Shown in pieces: positions 38,487-47,594 of a stretch of DNA of 64,000 nucleotides. The stretch is taken from the sequence record AJ697969.1, one strand, 5' to 3'. The DNA comes from Pseudomonas phage EL. Numbering within the stretch: position 1 is the stretch's first letter; each line of letters begins with the position of its first letter. Below the pieces are notes generated by a model. It was not told where the DNA came from. It ran no database searches and saw nothing but the letters and a program-made list of their open reading frames with translations. The translations under genes and the position numbers were made by a program.

Positions 38487-41400
38487 TCAATTCAAACGGA
38501 CGGTTTTATCGGTTCCCTGATTCACCTGTTTGTCTTGCATCTCCGCCATCCGACCCAGTACCTTGTAGATCTCAGCCAGAATACTGTTCGTATCCGAACT
38601 GTTATCACCCAGTTTACCCAACGAGGCCTTAAGCTCAGCCACCAACGCAGAGTCATCACTACGGGTGGTCGTAAGTGCCTCGGTACCCCGAGGGGACTGA
38701 GGAACAGGTTCAGACGGCGCAGGCGGAACCGGTTGAGGTGCAGAGGGAGGTGGAGAACCCTCATTAGACCTCGGAGTCGAGATCGGAACATCCGTAGCCG
38801 GGTTACCAAAGGTGGGAGTAGGCGTAGGTGGAACGTTCCGTTGCATCGGTCCTACCACACCACCGCCCAGTCCGGTGGTATCCTGTCCATTCACGGACTG
38901 CCCGCCTTGCACAGCGTTAAGGAACTTGTTCGCTGCTTCAGGGGACTTAAAGGCCGCGTGGATATGCCCGCCCGTACCGAGTGCCGTTCGACTGCGGTAT
39001 TCATTGATGACTTGGAATTCCTGAGGGCTTAACCCTGCCCGACGAAGAATATCCGTTACAATGGCAACCGCTTGGTCACTTCCTTGTGCACCATTCACCA
39101 GGGTGAAGTCTAACGCCAGGCCTTTAGGATGAGCGCCTTTAGACCCCTTATTGACGTGGTAGGCGTCATTCAGTGCAGAGAAGTACCGGAAACCCGGAAC
39201 TGTCTGTTGAATGATTTTACCCAGTTCTTCCACAGCAGGGTGGTGTTCACCCCCCGCAATGGCTTCAGGGGATTTCAGGCGCAATCCACTGCTACCCGGT
39301 GTATTGGTGTTAACGATCATCCCACCGTTATCACCTGACCCGTATTGTCCCCCTCCGCCTCCCATGGTTCCATTCAGGGACGGCAGACTACCACCCACAA
39401 CGCCCGGAGCCGGTCTACTGACTTGAGGACGCTGGGGTTCGCTGGGGGCTTCTTGACCGTACAGGTCGGACCCGGTTTGGCTCCCTAACCCACTCCCAGC
39501 CGTTTTATCAGCTGTGGTCAGTTCACCACTTTGTAGTTTCTTCAGGTAATTCAGATAGAGCGCATAGCGCTGAGGCATTTCAGGTAACGGATTACCTCCA
39601 TTCAACCCTGTTGCCGCTCTACCGAAGTCACCGGTTTGGCTAATACTTCTCAAGAGCTTAGAGTTCCTGAAGAAGTTCACCGCAATGGCTGCCATGACGT
39701 TCGGATCGTTACTGGCCAGCTCTGGTCTGTTCTCCAGATCAATACCCAGCTCTTGGCCAACCCTCCGGTAATTAGCGCGACCCGTCAGCTGAATAAACCC
39801 ACGCCCTCGGTAACGGTACCCATCACCGGCTTCCCTGTTCCCTAAGGAAGCACCTTTACCCCCACCGTACACGGTATTGGCGATGGCCACTTCACCGGCT
39901 TGTACGAGCGCTCTCGCTTGTTCCATGCTCTTCACTTCCCTGAAGAGTTGAACCAAGCGTTCCGGACTGCTGTACTTCATGTTCTCAGTGGTCCGGGAAT
40001 AGCCTGAAGACTCGTAGTTGGTAAGGGCGAGCATTTCAGCGATTTCACGAGGGTCCGTAAAGCCTTGTTTCAGCATCTCACGGATGATCAACTGCTCCGC
40101 CAACGGCTTAGGAACACTCACCCCTCGATCCGTTCCTTGGTTCGTACGTACACCGGTCATATCCAAATGACTGGTGTCCGAATCACCCGTAATAGGCGTG
40201 AAACCAAAGGCATTCTCAGGGGTTCTGAACCGACCGTCGCTGCTGTACGTATTCCCAGCGTCTCCGCCAAAGGTACCGTACATCCCTCCTAGAGCAGAAT
40301 CTCTCCGAGACCGGAATTGTTCCGGGGTAGAAACATTCGCTTGTTGGTCGGTGAACCCACCCCCTACCCGGTGAGGACTGATCTTCTCAGCCCAGGTTTG
40401 GGCGTTGGTCTTACCCGCTTCCAATTCAGGGTCTTTGAGTTTAGCTTCTACCGACGCTTCCCCCAAGAGGTTCAACATCCTGTCAACTTTATCCGACCGT
40501 CCGGGAGAGGTTTCCCAGGCGAAGGGTGCTGCTCTCACATTCCACACCGAGATGGTAAAGCCAAAGACGCCATTGACTTGGGTTTGAGTCAGTTCCTTGG
40601 CGATCTCATACCGTGCGGTAGCGGAAAGGGTTCTCCAAACCACACCCGGTAGCCCCCGACGGTATTTCCTCATCAGGGTCATGTAGTTGGTCAGCACCGG
40701 CAGGAACCGATCCCTGAACCACTTGCACCAGGCATCCGCGTACCGATCATCCACCCGGAAGGCGTCCTTGAACCGAGCGAAGAGTTCACCTATGTTGCCC
40801 TTGAACACCATGTCATCCCCTTTCGCCATAAACAGGGATTCACAATGACGTTCCAACTTGAGGACGGCTTCGACTCGCCAGGGGACATCCTTATCGTTCC
40901 CGTAGGTAGCCACCCGGATAGCGGTAAGCATATCCAAGGCTTTACCATCTGGCATCAGGTCTTGGATATAGATCTGGCCGACAACCGCATTGGCGGTATA
41001 CGCTTTCCCTAACCGATCGATTTCACCTTTAACCTCCTTCAGGCGATCGGTGGCCTCCATCTTCTCCCCGAAGTCTTTCCACTGGGTACTCCGGTCTTCC
41101 AGCTTCCGTTCCAGTTGAACCCGTTCCTTCTGAAGGGACTCCAGACTTTGGCCTTTAACCGTAGAGACGGCAAAGGGATCAATGGTGGGATCTTTAGCCC
41201 CGACATACTTCTTAAGGGCATCCAAGAGGTTACCCACCCGGATGATCGTCATTTGTTGATCAAGGAGAGGAGTCTCTTTGTCAATCTTAGCTACGATCTG
41301 GTACGGGGAAGGCACCAACCCACTGAGGGCACTGTGGGCTTGTTTGGCCACTTTGTACACGATTAAGTCAGACGAATCGTCATAGTCCTTCAACGATCGC

Positions 41401-44400
41401 AGTTTAACCGCATCCAAACAGGCCAGGTAGGTCAAGTAAACGGGTTTGAACCGTCCATTGAACCAGGTAAAGACTTCACCAATTTCATTACGGTCTTGAG
41501 GATTGCCTACGAAGAGACGAAGGACTTCCTCAATAGGCGCTTGCTTAGACAGCGACGCGCGCCCATTCCCAATCACCACATGGTCTTTTAGCAGGTTCTC
41601 AACGTTGAGGATTTTAGCCGCCAGGGGACCGTGAGGATCTGAGAGACCGTACTGAACCATCCGTAGTTCAATTTGCTTCCCTTTACCTGAACCAAACAGG
41701 GAATCCCATCCCCATTTAGAAGTCCCCAACATCACCCCAAAGGGACTGTACATCGAAGACCCCAGGGCATCCGTAGTAGGACTCTTTCCTTTGACCTTTT
41801 CCAAAATCCATTTCGCAATGGTCTGTCCACCCAGTAAGCCCGCGGTGGCACCCACTTGTTGGTAAAGACTATTACCGGCTTTACCCACTTTAAGGATTTG
41901 GTCGGTGGTACCGAGTTTCTTCGTTTCTTCGTCAGTAGCGACCTGGTACATTTCGTACGCAGACAATGCACCTGCGCCAATCAAACCGGCGCGTCCTGCA
42001 CCCAGTTTACCCAAGTGTCCGAGTCCACCCAGACCATTCAATAACCCACCGAGTCCACCAGCGACGCCCTTAGCGATAATCGTCAACAGTTTAAGTCCCA
42101 TACGACCGAACTTAAACAATGCACTGAACCCGCTCCAGAGGACCTCAGAACCCAGGAAGCTGGTCAGCCACTCGAAGCCTTTCTTAACACCCCCTACCAA
42201 ACTGCTCAGGAGACCGAAGATACCGAACTTCTTCTTCTTACCGAGTTCTTTCTCATCCTTCATACCGAAACCGAAGTTTTCAGCAATCGAGATGATGGCG
42301 TTCTTAACGGTGTTGTCTTTCTCTTCCTGGAGTTTTTGCGCACGGTCGGCCAGGGAGTTAGCTCGGGTGGCATCATTGGACGACGCTGACCGACGGAACC
42401 GATCGGTGTTGTCCCCTTCCCCCGCTTTTCCTTTAGCGGCTCTAAAGCTCTCCAGGGCGTCTTTAAGCGCTGGATTCTTTTCCATAAGGGCTTCGGTAAG
42501 GGTAAGATCGTTTCGATCTCCTAGGGACCCTGGAGGGCCTTCTGGGCCATCTTGGGAACCTGGTGCCGGGGGAGTGAAGGGATTGGGGCTACCATCCGGT
42601 GAGTTATACCCCCAATGTTTCAAGAGGAGGTAATAGATCCGATCCACGGAATTGACCACTGGAGAGTGATCCGTACTGAACGGATTCTTAACCCGACCCC
42701 CCATGCCTTTCGCATACCCACCTGCGCGGTCTTTCAATTTACCGAAGAGGTCCAACCCGAACTGTCCGGCTTGTCTAAGGCCCGCGCCCAGCTTGTTGAT
42801 ACTGGTCCCCATGGAGGTTTTAAGTCCACGGTCGTATTCTTCAGCCGTGATCAGGGTATTCCCTTCCTTGTCATACACCGGGCCATCGATCTCATCCCAT
42901 CCCTGGAGTTCAACGAACCCGTCTCCACTCCGTTTGAAGTATTGACCTTTACCAAAGCGACTCCCCAGCAAAACCGGTTCGTCTTCACCTTCAATGTAAA
43001 TATCCATCCGGTACAGACGGGTACGAGCTTTATCCCAAAACCCTTTAATGCGGTTAACAGGATCCAGCCAGTTAAAGGCTTTCATAAAGAGATCCCGAAC
43101 CTTATTCAGGCCTTTAAGGAATACTTCCTTGTTGTCTTCGGTAAAGAGTTTACCCGCTAAGCGGCTAGCGCCAATAACGGCTCCATTGGCCAGGTCTTTA
43201 ATACTCCCAGTAATCTGATCCCACCCCTGAATGATCTTCCCGGTGAGCATATCCAGATACTCACCCTTAAAGAGTTTAAAGGATTCAAGGATCGGGGTAT
43301 CAGACCCTTCTTCGTACAGGTCTTCCGTGTTCTCGGCTCGATGAGCAGCCGCTCGGGCACGCAACTTGTTATATGCCATCCCTAGCGCCAAGCCACCTCC
43401 TACCAATGCAGCACCTTTCGGGTTGTAGATCGCCATACCCGCCAATCCACCCAGTAAGCCACCCAGTACCAACGGTTGGTTATCCAGGAGTTTGTCTATT
43501 CCCTTATTAAACAGATCCCCAAACGACGTACTCTTAATCCGTTCCAGAATACTCCGTTTTTGTTGCTGGAGGGTTTCTTCAGCTTCAGGAGTGGGTTTCT
43601 CGTAGGGTTGACGTTCCAAGATCTTGGTGAGGATATCGTTCCGGTTCCCTCCCAGTTCTACCAGTTTACCCAGCAGGCTGTTCCCTTGAGTCACCTGGTC
43701 GTTCAGAGCGGTGAACATCGAAGACGGATCCGTAAGACCCGAACGACTTACACCTCCCTGTTCAATATGTGCCCCGAGTTTATCCAAAGTTTCCCGTACA
43801 CCCTGAAGGGTTTCATTCAACTGAGCGTTCTCAGCTGCAATCATACCTCCGGAGTCTCGACGCCCTCTTCCCCGTCTGCCAAAGGAACGGGTCTTACGCA
43901 CCGCTTCTTCCAGAGGGTTGTCATACACCATAGCACGGTCAGGGTTATCAATGAAGGACTGGAGGACGTTCCGGAAGGTGTCCATATTGACTTCATCGTG
44001 GCCATTTTCAGACTTGATGATGCCAGCTTCTTTCATGACGTTGTAATACCCAGACGAACGCAGCATATCGACGCGCTCGGCAATGTCCGGCATAAACCGA
44101 CCCAGGAGGTTGGATTGTTCCGTTAACTTGGCGGCGCGTTCTCGGGCTTGTTCTGTAGGAAGACGAGCAATAGCGCTCGCCCGGTCCAGGGTACTGCCCT
44201 CCTTAAAGGCCGTAAAGGCTTCCGGGGTAATATCAAAATTCCGTTGGAACAATTCCCGGATTTCATCCGCTACCTGACGGTTTACCCCTTTGGTCTCCAA
44301 GTTCATGTACAGGTACGGACTGAACCCTTTCCGTTTATCCGCATTCTGAACCAGTTGCATCGCCAATACACGGCGGGCTTCGTTGGACAATTCCTTATTG

Positions 44401-46118
44401 GGGTCAATGGAATCCACCAATCGAAGGGACGTATCCGCTTGGGACTTGAATTGGTCTTTATCCATTACCCGGTTAAAGGTATCCGCTACCTTTTGGTTAT
44501 GGCTGACCAACTTACCCCGTACGTAGTCATAACTCGACGCTTTAAGGGTATCATCCCCCGTACGGATCTTTTCAATCGACAAGTGAATGTGGCTGAGCAG
44601 TTCGGGGATCACTTCATTCAGGGTACGGGAGGACTGTTTGTTCCAGATCTCCGGTTCGTGGGCATCCATTAACCCCCGACGTTTTAGGCTGTAACGACTC
44701 CCGGTGGGTTGGTACAACTCATCCAACAACCCCGCCATGCCTTTATTCGCCCCTTTCTTCAGGGTATTAATAACCGTCCATTCCACTTTACCCAAGGGCT
44801 TTTGACCTGAACGGAGCGTACTGAGGTATTGTTCGTAGTCCCCGTCCTCGTCAAACGAGGATCCCCAGTTGTGGTATTCCGAAAGGGTATTGACCATTCC
44901 TTCCGCATTACTGAGGTTATACGACGCTATGTTACCCAAATCCGTGAGTTGCGCGTACGCGTTATCCGCCCATTTCCCCAGTTCCGGGAATTGTTTCTTG
45001 AACTTAGCAACGTATTCCTTTCCCTTACGGGAATTGATCATCCGGGGGAGGTTGCTAATGAACATTTGGGCCGCAACGTTACCCACCATGGTCCCTACGT
45101 TGAGCGGCATGCCTTCCGACATCTCCGCCGCCATGCGCATGGCGCCAATCAGGTCACCTGCACCTCGGATTCCGTCCCCTCGCGCATCCTTACCGAACCG
45201 CTCGTTAATAAACTCACGTATTCCTCCAAAGGAGCCTTTAACCGTATTGAAGACCGATTCCCGAATGCTATTACGCATCGCTTGACTGTGGGTGGTCTTT
45301 TCGTAATCACTCTTAGCGGAGTTCAGGGCAATGGTCTTCAGTTCAGCAATCATCCGGTGATTACTGGCTTCCATGAACTTGTAGAACTTCGCGCTGGTCA
45401 AATAGGAACGGGCCAACAGGTTCACCTTGAGGGTATCATTCCTCAATTGAACTTTACGTTGGTAATTCACCATTTGTTCCAGCAGTTGGTTACTCCGCCC
45501 AATACTCAGGTTCAGGGTATTCAACCCCCCAATGGTGCGGCCACCTACTTCGGTCATCATGGCGGTAATACTTTCACCCACCCCAATGACCGTTTCCCGC
45601 TCTAACAGGGAGTTAGCGTCTTCACTCCCCAGTAGGTCTTTCACATCATTTTCGCCCACATTTTCCATGGACGGGGTGTCACTCGCCGACGACGTATATG
45701 GCTTCCAACTGCTGAAGTCATTTTGACTGAACCGAGTCAGCCCACTGGCTACACCCCCGGTGATCTTATTAGGAGCTATTTTACCTAACTTATCACCACC
45801 CCGTTTAGCCAAGTATTGGAGGTCCACGACTGCATCGTAGCTTTCACGTTTAAGTTCGTCTACGATCTCCCTCCGACGACGGTTAATGTCCGACGCCGTA
45901 GTAAAGGCAGTCCCCCAGGTCTTAGGGAGGACCATCTTCAGGGTGTTCAACCGAGCATCGGTGTCCCCTACTGTCTGATTCACTACACCTGACAAAAACC
46001 CGGTTGCTACCGAACGAATGAACCCCGGTTTCTTCCCATCGAAATCGGTATCGAAATCAATATCCCCAGTAAAGGGATCCTCTCCCCAATCGAAATCATC
46101 GAATGTATTATCCGCCAT
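38487..46118 (-). CDS. giant virion protein (tape-measure-like) with GH19-like glycosidase and M15 peptidase domains
   Basis: 2543 aa. Gly-rich TM-like segments (GLLGGLAGMAIY.., FGIFGLLSSLVGG.., GGLGGLLNGLGGLGHLGKLGAGRAGLIGAGALSAY). GH19 signature YRGRGFIQLTGRANY (nt ~39660-40082). M15 zinc motifs SKGAHPKGLALDF...GGHIHAAF (nt ~38940-39185). Pro-rich tail. Confidence 0.8.
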   Translation of the reverse strand: MADNTFDDFDWGEDPFTGDIDFDTDFDGKKPGFIRSVATGFLSGVVNQTVGDTDARLNTLKMVLPKTWGTAFTTASDINRRRREIVDELKRESYDAVVDLQYLAKRGGDKLGKIAPNKITGGVASGLTRFSQNDFSSWKPYTSSASDTPSMENVGENDVKDLLGSEDANSLLERETVIGVGESITAMMTEVGGRTIGGLNTLNLSIGRSNQLLEQMVNYQRKVQLRNDTLKVNLLARSYLTSAKFYKFMEASNHRMIAELKTIALNSAKSDYEKTTHSQAMRNSIRESVFNTVKGSFGGIREFINERFGKDARGDGIRGAGDLIGAMRMAAEMSEGMPLNVGTMVGNVAAQMFISNLPRMINSRKGKEYVAKFKKQFPELGKWADNAYAQLTDLGNIASYNLSNAEGMVNTLSEYHNWGSSFDEDGDYEQYLSTLRSGQKPLGKVEWTVINTLKKGANKGMAGLLDELYQPTGSRYSLKRRGLMDAHEPEIWNKQSSRTLNEVIPELLSHIHLSIEKIRTGDDTLKASSYDYVRGKLVSHNQKVADTFNRVMDKDQFKSQADTSLRLVDSIDPNKELSNEARRVLAMQLVQNADKRKGFSPYLYMNLETKGVNRQVADEIRELFQRNFDITPEAFTAFKEGSTLDRASAIARLPTEQARERAAKLTEQSNLLGRFMPDIAERVDMLRSSGYYNVMKEAGIIKSENGHDEVNMDTFRNVLQSFIDNPDRAMVYDNPLEEAVRKTRSFGRRGRGRRDSGGMIAAENAQLNETLQGVRETLDKLGAHIEQGGVSRSGLTDPSSMFTALNDQVTQGNSLLGKLVELGGNRNDILTKILERQPYEKPTPEAEETLQQQKRSILERIKSTSFGDLFNKGIDKLLDNQPLVLGGLLGGLAGMAIYNPKGAALVGGGLALGMAYNKLRARAAAHRAENTEDLYEEGSDTPILESFKLFKGEYLDMLTGKIIQGWDQITGSIKDLANGAVIGASRLAGKLFTEDNKEVFLKGLNKVRDLFMKAFNWLDPVNRIKGFWDKARTRLYRMDIYIEGEDEPVLLGSRFGKGQYFKRSGDGFVELQGWDEIDGPVYDKEGNTLITAEEYDRGLKTSMGTSINKLGAGLRQAGQFGLDLFGKLKDRAGGYAKGMGGRVKNPFSTDHSPVVNSVDRIYYLLLKHWGYNSPDGSPNPFTPPAPGSQDGPEGPPGSLGDRNDLTLTEALMEKNPALKDALESFRAAKGKAGEGDNTDRFRRSASSNDATRANSLADRAQKLQEEKDNTVKNAIISIAENFGFGMKDEKELGKKKKFGIFGLLSSLVGGVKKGFEWLTSFLGSEVLWSGFSALFKFGRMGLKLLTIIAKGVAGGLGGLLNGLGGLGHLGKLGAGRAGLIGAGALSAYEMYQVATDEETKKLGTTDQILKVGKAGNSLYQQVGATAGLLGGQTIAKWILEKVKGKSPTTDALGSSMYSPFGVMLGTSKWGWDSLFGSGKGKQIELRMVQYGLSDPHGPLAAKILNVENLLKDHVVIGNGRASLSKQAPIEEVLRLFVGNPQDRNEIGEVFTWFNGRFKPVYLTYLACLDAVKLRSLKDYDDSSDLIVYKVAKQAHSALSGLVPSPYQIVAKIDKETPLLDQQMTIIRVGNLLDALKKYVGAKDPTIDPFAVSTVKGQSLESLQKERVQLERKLEDRSTQWKDFGEKMEATDRLKEVKGEIDRLGKAYTANAVVGQIYIQDLMPDGKALDMLTAIRVATYGNDKDVPWRVEAVLKLERHCESLFMAKGDDMVFKGNIGELFARFKDAFRVDDRYADAWCKWFRDRFLPVLTNYMTLMRKYRRGLPGVVWRTLSATARYEIAKELTQTQVNGVFGFTISVWNVRAAPFAWETSPGRSDKVDRMLNLLGEASVEAKLKDPELEAGKTNAQTWAEKISPHRVGGGFTDQQANVSTPEQFRSRRDSALGGMYGTFGGDAGNTYSSDGRFRTPENAFGFTPITGDSDTSHLDMTGVRTNQGTDRGVSVPKPLAEQLIIREMLKQGFTDPREIAEMLALTNYESSGYSRTTENMKYSSPERLVQLFREVKSMEQARALVQAGEVAIANTVYGGGKGASLGNREAGDGYRYRGRGFIQLTGRANYRRVGQELGIDLENRPELASNDPNVMAAIAVNFFRNSKLLRSISQTGDFGRAATGLNGGNPLPEMPQRYALYLNYLKKLQSGELTTADKTAGSGLGSQTGSDLYGQEAPSEPQRPQVSRPAPGVVGGSLPSLNGTMGGGGGQYGSGDNGGMIVNTNTPGSSGLRLKSPEAIAGGEHHPAVEELGKIIQQTVPGFRYFSALNDAYHVNKGSKGAHPKGLALDFTLVNGAQGSDQAVAIVTDILRRAGLSPQEFQVINEYRSRTALGTGGHIHAAFKSPEAANKFLNAVQGGQSVNGQDTTGLGGGVVGPMQRNVPPTPTPTFGNPATDVPISTPRSNEGSPPPSAPQPVPPAPSEPVPQSPRGTEALTTTRSDDSALVAELKASLGKLGDNSSDTNSILAEIYKVLGRMAEMQDKQVNQGTDKTVRLN

Positions 46119-46148
46119 TGTTAATGCACTCCCGCATAAGGAAACCGT

Positions 46149-47594
46149 ATGAAACCGACTAACATTACCCTCTTAGACCCCCGGACGATTGTTCCGGGTG
46201 TCTTTAAACCTATTACGTCTACAGACTCATTTGAAGGGATGACCCAGAACCTCAATGATGACGGTCTCTTCTCCCTTGACATCTTCGGTAAACTGGGTAG
46301 TAAACAACGTGATAACACGGAAGCGTATATCGACGTTAAACTTCCCATCTTCAATCCCACTTACCTAAAAGCCCTTATACAGATCAAAAGTCTGTATCAT
46401 TCAATTTTGAAAGGGTCGGAATACGCGGTATGGGATCCCGAACTGAAGGATTTCATAAAATCGAACATCCTGGAAGGGGAAAAGGGTTTCGCCTTCTTCC
46501 TGAAACACTTCGATGAAACCGTCTTCTCCCTGACCCCCTCTCATAAACGCAAACAACGGGTAGAACTGGCGAACCAATTCCGTAACACGGCGTTAACGGA
46601 TAAGGTCCTGGTCATCCCCGCGGGTCTCAGGGATATCCAATTCAATCCAGATGGTTCCCACACCGAACCTGAAATCACTGAATTCTACCGCGCCTTAATG
46701 TTCCGGGTGAGAGTGATCCTCGGGAATAAGGAAGATGCCCTGAACCCCCTTTACGATACCGTTCGGTGGGGGGTACAGAATGCTTTCTTGGAATTGGATA
46801 ATTACCTCTTTGGTTTACTCCAGGGGAAAGGGGGTGTTCTCCAGCGTCGTATGTCCACCCGAGGGGTTCACAACAGCACCCGGAACGTCATTACCGCCCG
46901 TAAAGTCTCCAGGACACGTTTAGACTTCGACGACGGTGTAGGTCCTAACTCTGCGGACATGGGACTCTACCAAGCCCTGCTGAACTTCCCTTATGTCTGC
47001 ATCAATGCGTTAACCAACGGCTACCTTTCCAACATCTTCACCCCCAGCTCTCAAACCGCTAAGCTGGTGAATACCAAGACCCTGGAATACGAATACGCTG
47101 AAGTCTCCCCTGAGGTGGTAGAGAAATGGACCACCGCCACCGGGTTAATGAAACTCTTCAACGGGTTTGCCGATCCCTCCTTACGGAGTAAACCCATTGT
47201 CATTGAGTGGAAATACTTAGCCCTCATTTATGATGATGGGACTGATGTGTGTGTTCTCCATGACATCAACGATCTCCCTCAAGGGAAAGACCGTAAATGG
47301 GTGAAACCTATCACCTACATGGAACTCTTCTACTTGAGTTGCCACAGTGTCATCGAAGAACAGATTACAGGACAAACCCGGTATCCCATTACGGGGATTG
47401 GCTCTATCTTCCCGGCTAAGGTTAACCTACGTACCACCACCAATGCGAGCCAGCGGGTCATTCGTAATCCGATTGATTGGAGTGTGCGGGAAACCTGTAA
47501 ACGGTTCCCTAAACGTGAAGCCCACCCCGATTACTTCGATGCCATGTCCGTAGACCCCTCTAGAGAAGCTTTGCTCGACAGTGACCATGATTAG
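46149..47594 (+). CDS. multisubunit RNA polymerase beta-prime-like subunit, N-terminal fragment (exon 1)
   Basis: [25 protein letters not shown] aligns with E. coli beta-prime [39 protein letters not shown] occupies the place of the NADFDGDQMAVH catalytic loop. The stop TAG 47592-47594 coincides with the start of the group I intron. Confidence 0.7.
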   Translation: [481 protein letters not shown]

